Under the pieces are notes generated by a model. The model was not told the DNA's origin. It was given only the letters and a program-made list of their open reading frames with translations, and ran no database searches. DNA of 32,000 nucleotides from Nostoc sp. PCC 7120 = FACHB-418 (GTDB lineage Bacteria; Cyanobacteriota; Cyanobacteriia; Cyanobacteriales; Nostocaceae): the NCBI RefSeq assembly GCF_000009705.1, contig NC_003272.1, forward strand, positions 3,840,001-3,872,000, in the 5' to 3' direction. Positions 8,215 through 16,113 of the stretch are shown in pieces. Both the position numbers and the translations under genes were made by a program. How positions within the stretch are numbered: the stretch's first letter is position 1; each line of letters opens with the position of its first letter.

Positions 8215-8249
8215 ATTAGTCAGTTGTCATTAGTCAGTTGTCAGTTGTC
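8215..8249. repeat. STRR heptamer array (attagtc agttgtc attagtc agttgtc agttgtc)
   Basis: Five units read directly, between the CHASE2 gene and the DUF928 gene. The reverse complement of the same two units forms the array at 11914-11955. Confidence 0.85.
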
Positions 8250-8275
8250 TTCCCCTGCTCCCTGCCCCCTGCTTC

Positions 8276-10618
8276 CTATCCCCCCTCTTCCTTGAGAAAC
8301 TTGGAATTTTGAATTGTAACTACGGTAACAGTTGATACTAGGGATAAAGCTGATGGGACAAAGGGAACCCAAAAGCCCCAAACTAGCAGACTCAGACATA
8401 ATAAATACAAAACACTAGAACTAATACCAACTGCTAATGCTAGATGAGGGAGCAAACGCCATTGCCAAGCGAGAAACCCTCCCAATCCAGCCCAAACTCC
8501 AATCCAGGCTATTTCTAACCCAGGTAGCCAAACCCTCAACAAAGACCGTCCATCTAAAACAGCACTAATAATCTGGCTAACCATGTGAGCTTGTACCATC
8601 ACTCCGGGCATTTGCTCGTCTAGAAGATGGCCGTATGGTGTAGCCCAATAGTCGGGGAAGTCGCCTCTGGCTACCACACCAATGAGTATAATCCGGTCTT
8701 TAATAGCGTTGGGATTGATAGGACTAGATAAAAGCTGGGTAAGTGTCACCTGTTCGGCGATTTTCTTGGCAGCGCGATAGTTTAGTAAGATTTGACCACC
8801 ATTGGCATCAATATTTTGATAGGCTCCCATGCGAGATGAAAGACGATGCAGTACGGTATCACCCAACTTTAAATTTTTGATGACTTCTCCAGAGGTGAAT
8901 TTTGGTTGAATGCCTAAGGATGATAGATAGCGAAATGCCAATTGAGAACTGAAGGCATAGGACGCAGAACATAACGAGGCTGTTTCTTGACTCATAAACA
9001 GGAGATGTCGCCGTACTACACCATCATCATCGTGAACAAAATCACTAAATCCCAGGCGTTCTTGGGGAATTTCTGGTGGTGATTCGATGCCTTTAATATT
9101 CTCGCTGGTATCACTGCCCTTGCATATACCAATTAAATTCTCAGTCTGTCGTAGTCGAGAGATTAACTCTGGTTGTTCGGCATGGAAATCACGATAAATA
9201 TCCAAGCCAATAGCTTTTGGTTGATACTGGGATATCCTTGCTAGGAGCAAATTCAGTGATTTCTCTGATATCGAAGTTCCTTTTAAGTACTCGTTGTTAC
9301 GGCGCTGATGAGCTAAATCTTCATCGTCAATGGTGACGATTAATATCCGGGGATCGGGGCCTTCATCGGGACGCGATCGCATCATCTGATCAAATGCTTG
9401 CAGTTCTCCAGTTTGTAAAGCGCCCAAAAACCTTAATCCATAAACGGCGGCGGTCACTAGCAAACTCGAAAATATAGTCCTTTTTAATCCGCGTTTTTTA
9501 GAGACTGGTGGGACATCATTAAATATTGGTTGGGTTGGTGGTTCTGTGAGTTCCTCCCAAGTGAGTGGCTTTTGAGCAGGATTTTGACAAATTACTGGTA
9601 GCCAAGTTGCACAGGGAAATCTATCTTCTAATCCTTGCAATCGCTCCCGTGCGTGCCGGACTGCTTGGTATAAAGATTCACCATTAGCAAAGCTGAGGAG
9701 AAAATATTTCAAAAACTCTTGGGCTACCTGATCGGGAACAGGTTCGCGCATGACGATAATCTGGGGAATGTTTAAATCAGCTAGTTCTTTTGCCAGTCCC
9801 AATCCATCACAAGAGTTGAAAATTGCTAGTTGTAAACCCCTTTCTATCGCTTGTTTCAGGGCATATTTTAATTCACCAATGCTGAGGCTATCAGTTTGAT
9901 TGAGGTAGATTCGCCCAATTCCATCATCTCCCTGACTAGAACTGTGTCCCGCGAAAAATAAAATATCCCAGCTTTTTCCCCACAGATAATCTGTTAATTC
10001 TTTGCGTTGTGGTTCTACTAAAAAGCTAACGTCCGCATTGGGACAATTTTGCAGCATTGCTTGGTCTGCTTGGGTATCAATTCCCTGACTATTACCGACA
10101 ATTGCCAAAATATTCACAGTTGGACTGGAAGTTCGGCGTTTATGAATTAGCTCATAGCTGGGTGAGGAGAGGGCAATTTCTGCCTTGGGATAGCGTTCCA
10201 GTAAATCCCAGATATGCCAAGGCAATCTTTGTAAGTGGCTATTTTCTGATTGTAAAATTACTCTGATTTCATCGGTGGGCTGTAATTTCTCCAGCCATTT
10301 TTCCCGTAAGGGTCGAAACTCTTGTGCTTGCAGCCAAGTATTAAAGCGAGCGCGGACAATTAAGGCTAACTCATGACAATCTTGAGTTACCGACACATTT
10401 GTAACTTGGATTTTGTCAGCATCTAGACGATAACCATTACCAAGCTGTAGATAGCTGGACTGCCAGCGAGAGTAGTAAAGTAAGATTTCGGGACATGGTG
10501 GGAGTTTACCTGTGATTTCCGTCGATGGGCGATCGCTTTCTTCACCAATCTGAAGAGTTACGGTAAACCCTTGCTCAAAACTACCATCTCCAAATTTTAG
10601 TACTACTAACTTTGCCAT
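8276..10618 (-). CDS. Membrane protein: N-terminal caspase-fold (CHAT/HetF-like) His-Cys domain, one TM helix, a CHASE2 domain and C-terminal TM helices
   Basis: Residue numbers follow the track translation. A candidate catalytic dyad is FFAGH(235)SS ... LAIFNSC(280)DGLGLA, encoded at nt 9944-9946 and 9809-9811. A hydrophobic helix lies at ~391-411. A CHASE2-like region spans ~425-700 (ILIVTIDDEDL..., GLDIYRDF, RIILIGV..., MPGVMVQAHMVSQI). It is followed by ~70 hydrophobic residues (705-775) and only ~15 more residues, so no kinase, cyclase or GGDEF output is present. The ATG start MAKLVVLKF is at 10618; an upstream GTG lies at 10648. Confidence 0.75.
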   Translation of the reverse strand: MAKLVVLKFGDGSFEQGFTVTLQIGEESDRPSTEITGKLPPCPEILLYYSRWQSSYLQLGNGYRLDADKIQVTNVSVTQDCHELALIVRARFNTWLQAQEFRPLREKWLEKLQPTDEIRVILQSENSHLQRLPWHIWDLLERYPKAEIALSSPSYELIHKRRTSSPTVNILAIVGNSQGIDTQADQAMLQNCPNADVSFLVEPQRKELTDYLWGKSWDILFFAGHSSSQGDDGIGRIYLNQTDSLSIGELKYALKQAIERGLQLAIFNSCDGLGLAKELADLNIPQIIVMREPVPDQVAQEFLKYFLLSFANGESLYQAVRHARERLQGLEDRFPCATWLPVICQNPAQKPLTWEELTEPPTQPIFNDVPPVSKKRGLKRTIFSSLLVTAAVYGLRFLGALQTGELQAFDQMMRSRPDEGPDPRILIVTIDDEDLAHQRRNNEYLKGTSISEKSLNLLLARISQYQPKAIGLDIYRDFHAEQPELISRLRQTENLIGICKGSDTSENIKGIESPPEIPQERLGFSDFVHDDDGVVRRHLLFMSQETASLCSASYAFSSQLAFRYLSSLGIQPKFTSGEVIKNLKLGDTVLHRLSSRMGAYQNIDANGGQILLNYRAAKKIAEQVTLTQLLSSPINPNAIKDRIILIGVVARGDFPDYWATPYGHLLDEQMPGVMVQAHMVSQIISAVLDGRSLLRVWLPGLEIAWIGVWAGLGGFLAWQWRLLPHLALAVGISSSVLYLLCLSLLVWGFWVPFVPSALSLVSTVTVVTIQNSKFLKEEGG

Positions 10619-10782
10619 GACTGCCGTTTTGCTCCGATTCCCCACCACTGGAGTTCTGATTTACTCAATTTTTTACAAATCAGCAATTCCAGCCCAGTTT
10701 ACTTGAAGTTCCTACATATAAATAATTTAGTTACTTATTGGTATTTACTTATTACCAATTACATAGTAAAAATCTGGTTGCT

Positions 10783-11751
10783 TTAAATTACAAAGCTCTC
10801 TGTAATACTCATATCATCTAATGCGACCTGAACGCTGAACTGTTCCTGAATTTCCCCACGAAATTGTAGTTGTAGGTAGTTGTCAGCACTCCTGGCTTGA
10901 GCTTCTAGAAATACTGCGCCGGAGGTGTCTATTACTGTCAGTTTTACTCCTGCCGGTAGATGTATTTGATTACCTGTGGAGTGTAGTTGCAGACGGACAC
11001 TAGTTTGTCCGTTAGCTTCAGGTGCAATTTCCACAATCAACATCACTGGTTGGTCAACTATTTTGATCCCCAAATCAATGAGTTTTGCCCGTCTGGTAAC
11101 GGCTTCTGCTTGATTAAAAGCTGTATCTGGAGTGCTTACAGGACTACGAAAGCCATAAGCCGGTTTAGCTTCCAGCGAGTTCCACAAAGTTTCTACTGTT
11201 TGCCAACCAGCTTCACACTGCCCGACAAACCACTGACTCAAATTCACCAAAGCATCCACAGGAGAAGTTTTCAGTTGCTCTAGGCGATCGATCAATGCTT
11301 CTATAGGTTGTAGTTGATTTAGAGGTAATGTTTCTTGATTAACTTTTTTAGTAAAACCTAGTAATTTAGCTTCTGTATTGGTTTCATCAACCTGTACAAT
11401 TACATAACCGACTCTTTCGTCCCAAGTTTCTGGGGGAACAGAACATACCTGCTCATGCATCTGAACAGGACGGCACTCTAAACGACCAACTGAGGGAACT
11501 TCTAGATCAGCTACATCTCCACATAACTGCATTAATGGGTTCCAACTGTCACTAGCGATCAAATTAGTCGGAACTTCCATCATTTGCAAATAATCATTTA
11601 CCACTGACACAGCCAAAGTATTGAGCCTAACTTGCTCGGCTTTTTGGGAATTAGGCTGTCTGTTGGCGAACTCCTGGGCAGCAAATCGAGCTGCTTGAGT
11701 AATTGGTAGTGTGATGGCGAAATCGTCTAGCTGGTTGGTAGTGTTAGTCAT
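10783..11751 (-). CDS. DUF1822-family protein
   Basis: The N-terminal pattern is as I remember it for cyanobacterial DUF1822: ...AARFAAQEFANRQPNSQKAEQVRLNTLAVSVVNDYLQMMEVPTNL..SDSWNP...DVADLEVPSVGRLECRP. 322 aa, ATG start. Confidence 0.65.
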   Translation of the reverse strand: MTNTTNQLDDFAITLPITQAARFAAQEFANRQPNSQKAEQVRLNTLAVSVVNDYLQMMEVPTNLIASDSWNPLMQLCGDVADLEVPSVGRLECRPVQMHEQVCSVPPETWDERVGYVIVQVDETNTEAKLLGFTKKVNQETLPLNQLQPIEALIDRLEQLKTSPVDALVNLSQWFVGQCEAGWQTVETLWNSLEAKPAYGFRSPVSTPDTAFNQAEAVTRRAKLIDLGIKIVDQPVMLIVEIAPEANGQTSVRLQLHSTGNQIHLPAGVKLTVIDTSGAVFLEAQARSADNYLQLQFRGEIQEQFSVQVALDDMSITESFVI

Positions 11752-11913
11752 AGTTCAATCCCCAGTGATCAATGCTGCTATATACATATCGCCCGCATTC
11801 ACTAAATTTATGCCACAAAACGCAAAAAAATCAGCGAAATTTTCAGGACTGTTTATCAGTCAGTTGGTATTTATTTTCTTGCACCAGTTGAGGAGGCAGG
11901 GGGAAGAGATATA

Positions 11914-11955
11914 CTGACCACTGACTAATGACAACTGACAACTGACTAATGACGA
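11914..11955. repeat. STRR heptamer array (ctgacca ctgacta atgacaa ctgacaa ctgacta atgacga)
   Basis: Six units read directly. The last unit contains the ATG of rsmG (11949). It is an inverted copy of the unit family at 8215-8249. Confidence 0.85.
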
Positions 11956-12686
11956 ACTTATTGCCAGAAATGGCTGAAATTTGGCAGCAAACTCTCAATT
12001 GGCAACCAACAGACTCTCAACAGGCGCGATTTCAGCAGCTTTATGAGTTAATTCTGGAAGGTAATCGCCAGTTAAACTTAACTCGCATCACTGAACCTCA
12101 AGAGTTTTGGGAAAAACATCTTTGGGATTCGCTGCGAGGAGTTGCACCACAGCAACAATTAATCTCTTCTCTTCAACTGGGTGCATCTGTTATTGATATT
12201 GGCACTGGTGCTGGGTTTCCTGGTGTTCCCGTGGCAATTATTGCCTCTAATTCTACAATTACGCTGGTGGATTCAACGCGCAAAAAGATTACTTTTATCG
12301 ACACTATCTTGAGCGAACTAGCTCTAACTAATGCCAAAACTCTGGTTAGTAGGGCAGAAGAAATTGGTCAACAACCACAGCATCGAGAACAATATGATGT
12401 TGCTTTGATTCGTGCGGTCGGCACTGCTTCGCCTTGTGCAGAATATACTTTACCTTTACTAAAGTTAGGTGGTTTGGCTGTAATTTATCGTGGTACTTGG
12501 ACTGAAGAAGAAACTACATCTGTGGAAAATGCAGCGCAGCAGTTAGGTGGCACAGTTGAATTAATAGACAACTTTACTACTCCCTTAACTAACAGCGTTC
12601 GCCACTGTCTTTACTTACGGAAAGTAGCTAAAACACCAGCTAATTTTCCCCGTGCTGTTGGTGTACCCAGTCAAAAGCCTATTTAG
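11949..12686 (+). CDS. rsmG: 16S rRNA (guanine527-N7)-methyltransferase RsmG (GidB)
   Basis: Motifs NLTRITEPQEFWEKHLWDSL and the SAM-binding VIDIGTGAGFPGVPVAI. Length is typical for the family. Confidence 0.9.
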   Translation: MTNLLPEMAEIWQQTLNWQPTDSQQARFQQLYELILEGNRQLNLTRITEPQEFWEKHLWDSLRGVAPQQQLISSLQLGASVIDIGTGAGFPGVPVAIIASNSTITLVDSTRKKITFIDTILSELALTNAKTLVSRAEEIGQQPQHREQYDVALIRAVGTASPCAEYTLPLLKLGGLAVIYRGTWTEEETTSVENAAQQLGGTVELIDNFTTPLTNSVRHCLYLRKVAKTPANFPRAVGVPSQKPI

Positions 12687-12774
12687 GAAAGATGAACTGA
12701 CTTGTCAGTGCTTGCACTATCGCTCTGACAAATAGTCCTAGAATATAAAGAAATGTATAGTTTATTAATTTTAT

Positions 12775-13236
12775 ATGCCAGTTAAAGTTGGAGACTCTGC
12801 GCCTGATTTTACTTTACCTGCACAAAATGGCTCATCGGTGAGCCTGAGTGATTTTCGGGGTAAAAAGGCTGTGGTGCTGTACTTTTATCCTAAGGATGAT
12901 ACACCAGGATGTACAGCAGAATCTTGTGCTTTCCGCGATCGCTATGAAGTTTTTCAAACTGCTGGGGCGGAAATTATTGGTGTCAGTGGTGACTCTAACG
13001 AATCTCACCAAAAATTTGCTTCTAAATACAATTTACCTTTTACTTTGTTGAGCGACAAAGGCGACCAAGTACGCAAACTATACGGCGCAACAGCCGCTTT
13101 TGGTTTGTTTCCCGGTCGCGTTACTTACGTCATCGACCAACAGGGAGTAGTGCAGTACGTTTTTGATTCCATGTTCAACTTCCAAGGACACGTCGAGGAA
13201 GCGTTGAAAACTCTGCAACAGTTGGCGAGTAAATAG
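12775..13236 (+). CDS. bcp: Peroxiredoxin, Bcp/PrxQ type
   Basis: Active-site motif [22 protein letters not shown], 153 aa. Confidence 0.9.
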   Translation: MPVKVGDSAPDFTLPAQNGSSVSLSDFRGKKAVVLYFYPKDDTPGCTAESCAFRDRYEVFQTAGAEIIGVSGDSNESHQKFASKYNLPFTLLSDKGDQVRKLYGATAAFGLFPGRVTYVIDQQGVVQYVFDSMFNFQGHVEEALKTLQQLASK

Positions 13237-13270
13237 GGGATTGGGGATTGGGGATTGGGGATTGGGTATC
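13236..13270. repeat. STRR1-type heptamer array (GGGGATT x4 plus a degenerate unit; complement of CCCCAAT)
   Basis: Read directly. It starts at the last base of the bcp stop codon. Confidence 0.9.
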
Positions 13271-13321
13271 GGTGATGAAATTTACCACCTGCCTCCCCTG
13301 CTTCCCCTGCTCCCCTGCTCT

Positions 13322-13344
13322 CCCAGTCCCCAGTCCCCAGTCCC
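13322..13344. repeat. Heptamer array CCCAGTC x3
   Basis: Read directly. It abuts the hpf stop codon (13345-13347) and is preceded by CCCCTGCT-type repeats at about 13293-13322. Confidence 0.8.
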
Positions 13345-13986
13345 TTACCTACTATGAGACTTTTCCGGCATCACGACATGATGAGCTTTGCCATTTTTAC
13401 CGTTGGTATGTCCGTTATTATTTCGGGGTTGAATCACACCATAGCCGCCGTGGTTGCGTTCATAAATAACGTTGATTTCTCCTGTTTCGGCGTTATGGAA
13501 CATATAAAAGTCATGCCCCACTAGTTGCAACTGCTCTAAGGCTTCGGTAACGGTCATGGGGGGCATGGAAAAATATTTGGTGCGGACGACTTCTTCGGGG
13601 AGTTCGGGAGTGCGATCGCCGATTAAATCTGCAACTACTGTTTCTGGTACGATGGTTTCGGTAGTTGGTTGAGCTTGAGTTTTCTGATCTTGTTTTCTTT
13701 CTTTATATTTACGCAGTTGTCGGGAAATCTTGTCTGCTACTAGATCAATGCTTGCGTATAAATTTTCGCTGCTTTCCTCCGCACGGATGACGCTACCATT
13801 TGCATAGATGGTGACTTCAGCCGCTTGCCTGGTATTAATCCGGGGATTGCGCGCCACGCTTAAATGGACATCCACTTCATTGGTGATGTTCTGAAAGTGA
13901 TTAACCGCCTTTTCAATTTTCTGATGCACATATTCTCGAATCGCATCGGTAATTTCTATATTTTTGCCGTGGATGACAAGCTTCAT
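13345..13986 (-). CDS. hpf: Ribosome hibernation-promoting factor, long form (LrtA-like)
   Basis: [28 protein letters not shown]..., with a C-terminal dimerisation-type extension ([28 protein letters not shown]). The ATG is at 13986. The track's upstream GTG at 14010 adds 8 unlikely residues. Confidence 0.9.
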   Translation of the reverse strand: MKLVIHGKNIEITDAIREYVHQKIEKAVNHFQNITNEVDVHLSVARNPRINTRQAAEVTIYANGSVIRAEESSENLYASIDLVADKISRQLRKYKERKQDQKTQAQPTTETIVPETVVADLIGDRTPELPEEVVRTKYFSMPPMTVTEALEQLQLVGHDFYMFHNAETGEINVIYERNHGGYGVIQPRNNNGHTNGKNGKAHHVVMPEKSHSR

Positions 13987-14571
13987 GTAAACTCTCCCGC
14001 TCAATAGCACAATATTTGATGTGATGGTGTTTTTGTATGAAAAGAGACTGCGGTAAGTTCTATTTATTGCACCAATACCAAATGTGAACTTTCTTATATA
14101 CGGCTAGCTTGTTCTAAAGTTTTCTGCATCTTTTACCTGATTTCTGAGTTACCAAATGTTCGCTAGACAATTGGATAAGCACATATCTTTCTCAAATAAG
14201 GTATTATAAGCAATGGCTGTTTTGACTTCCTGCTTCATCAAAACAAACTTTACATAACTTGATAGTAGTTACTTTTGGTTTGTTAAAAGAAGTTTGCTCT
14301 CTTGATGATGGATTACACAACTGCTGTAGATGCAAATCACTCGTTTTAGATTCATCAGCCAGTGTATTTGTTCTTTTGAACTTGGCATGATGCTTATTGT
14401 AGAGAATTCCTCCCAACACCTGATGTGGTTATATATTCAAACTAGCACTTTGTATTTGCGATGGCTGATTCCCTTGATGTTCCTTTAAAATCCTTTGCAA
14501 AGCTTGACAATTGTTGACTCAGAAGCTGTGAGTTGAAATATATTTAGTTGTAAAACCTGTTGATTTTTGGC

Positions 14572-15237
14572 ATGATCCGTAGTAATAAACCCCCAGAGAA
14601 CAATTGTTTGTTATATAACAAAGGATTAATGCCATATTTGGCAGCTCACGCATGGCAGCGATCGCTCTTGCGCCAACGCATCGATTACCCTAATCTAGAG
14701 GATGTACTGATATTACTGGAACATCCGCCAGTCTACACTTTGGGGCAAGGCAGTAGTCTAGAATTTCTCAAATTTGACCCTAATCAAAGTGAGTTTGAGA
14801 TACATCGAATTGAACGGGGCGGAGAAGTTACTTACCACTGTCCAGGTCAATTAGTGGGGTATCCGATTTTAAATCTGCACCGCCATCGCCAAGATTTGCA
14901 CTGGTACTTGCGACAATTAGAAGAAGTTATCATCCGTGTACTAGCAGTTTACGACTTAAAAGGCGATCGCCTGCCATCTTTGACTGGGGTTTGGTTAGAA
15001 GGGAGGAAAGTTGCAGCCATCGGCATTAAAGTTAGTCGTTGGATTACCATGCACGGTTTTGCTTTAAATGTCTGTCCTGATATGACAGGCTTTAGCCGAA
15101 TAGTCCCTTGTGGCATTACTGATAAGCCTGTTGGCAGTTTAGCCCAATGGATACCAGGAATTACTTGTGAGGAAGTACGAGTTCATGTTGTCCAGGCTTT
15201 TGCAGAAGTGTTTGGTCTGGAATTAGTTGACAGTTGA
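14572..15237 (+). CDS. lipB: Lipoyl(octanoyl) transferase LipB
   Basis: Motifs [30 protein letters not shown] and [22 protein letters not shown]. The first ATG is at 14572; the track start at 14560 is TTG. Confidence 0.9.
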   Translation: MIRSNKPPENNCLLYNKGLMPYLAAHAWQRSLLRQRIDYPNLEDVLILLEHPPVYTLGQGSSLEFLKFDPNQSEFEIHRIERGGEVTYHCPGQLVGYPILNLHRHRQDLHWYLRQLEEVIIRVLAVYDLKGDRLPSLTGVWLEGRKVAAIGIKVSRWITMHGFALNVCPDMTGFSRIVPCGITDKPVGSLAQWIPGITCEEVRVHVVQAFAEVFGLELVDS

Positions 15238-15252
15238 CAGTTAACTGTTGAC
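15225..15252. repeat. STRR heptamer array (agttgac agttgac agttaac tgttgac)
   Basis: Read directly. It encodes the last residues and the stop codon of lipB (tta gtt gac agt tga). Confidence 0.8.
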
Positions 15253-15330
15253 TGCTTCATCATGTAATAGGTGCAATCTACTACGAAAATTTGCATATAT
15301 GAGAATATCCTGGTTCAAGCTAGAATATGA

Positions 15331-15585
15331 ATGCTTACCAGTCTTCAAACCTATTCTTTGCACCCTTCAACTCAGATTTTGTTTGTGAATTATCCAATCA
15401 ATCCTCAGATTTACGCTCCAGTATTTACTTCTCTGAAGGAACGCGACTGGAAGGCTTTATTAGAAATGTTTGATAGAGATGATATAGATGAACTGGAAGC
15501 TGATATCAATGTTAATTTGCAGTTGATGATACCCGAACCTTGCTGGGAAGATGATCCCTTTGATTTCTTGCGTGAATATCTTTAA
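15331..15585 (+). CDS. Small acidic hypothetical protein (84 aa)
   Basis: ATG start and a D/E-rich C-terminal half (FDRDDIDELEADINV...CWEDDPFDFLREYL). No family recognised. Its stop overlaps the stop of the convergent ORF. Confidence 0.4.
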   Translation: MLTSLQTYSLHPSTQILFVNYPINPQIYAPVFTSLKERDWKALLEMFDRDDIDELEADINVNLQLMIPEPCWEDDPFDFLREYL

Positions 15586-16061
15586 CCAATTATGTACTGC
15601 TGGAGTTCCCCAGAGGTTTTACCTGCTTTAACGGTGATGTAATCATAACCCATACCACCAGCGTATAGATGCCATTGTGCGATCGCAATATTTGGGTTGT
15701 TACATAAATCTAGTAAAAAAGATGTTTCTATGGTGTGGTAAACACTGTCTGGGTAGCCGCCATATCCACATTCAATCTTGATGATATGACTATGAATTTC
15801 TATGGAGTGGTAAATCCAGATATTTACCGGGTTTTTTCCTTCTAAGTTTGCCTTAAATGCTTCGGCATGAGATTCATTTACAAACAGGTGATAACAGTCA
15901 TGGTCATGCACCGGAATGTATGTAAATGATGGTAGGGATAATTGAGAAATTACAGCCTCAAGTTGCGGTATGCTTTCAGGGGTCACTTCTACTACACACA
16001 GCCAATCAGGGCCATTTCCTGATGCTGCCAATTCCCAACACCAATTTCTGTTAACTGACAT
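15582..16061 (-). CDS. Hypothetical protein rich in His, Cys and aromatic residues (159 aa)
   Basis: ATG start and an uninterrupted ORF. It is divergent from the bgtB-like gene across a 52-bp gap. No family recognised. Confidence 0.5.
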   Translation of the reverse strand: MSVNRNWCWELAASGNGPDWLCVVEVTPESIPQLEAVISQLSLPSFTYIPVHDHDCYHLFVNESHAEAFKANLEGKNPVNIWIYHSIEIHSHIIKIECGYGGYPDSVYHTIETSFLLDLCNNPNIAIAQWHLYAGGMGYDYITVKAGKTSGELQQYIIG

Positions 16062-16113
16062 ATCTCATCAAAATGTCTGATAATCACCATTGTTATAACA
16101 GGGGAGAAGTTGG

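Noticed and set aside
10649-10782. Hairpin ATTGGTA-(9 nt)-TACCAAT at 10737-10759 between DUF1822 and the CHASE2 fusion gene, as a possible terminator splitting the cluster
   Set aside because: The stem is a 7-bp AT-rich one with no U-tract on the minus strand. This is insufficient to call a terminator, so co-transcription remains an open question that is noted under the cluster finding.
13248-13469. 73-aa + strand ORF (MGIGDWVSVMKFTTCLPCFPCSPALPVPSPQS...) between bcp and hpf
   Set aside because: It is translated from STRR and CCCCTGCT repeats and then runs antisense into hpf, which is a repeat artefact.
14204-14419. 71-aa track ORF in the hpf-lipB gap
   Set aside because: It has a GTG start only, a lysine-rich low-complexity composition and no motif. 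It more likely lies in the hpf 5' leader.
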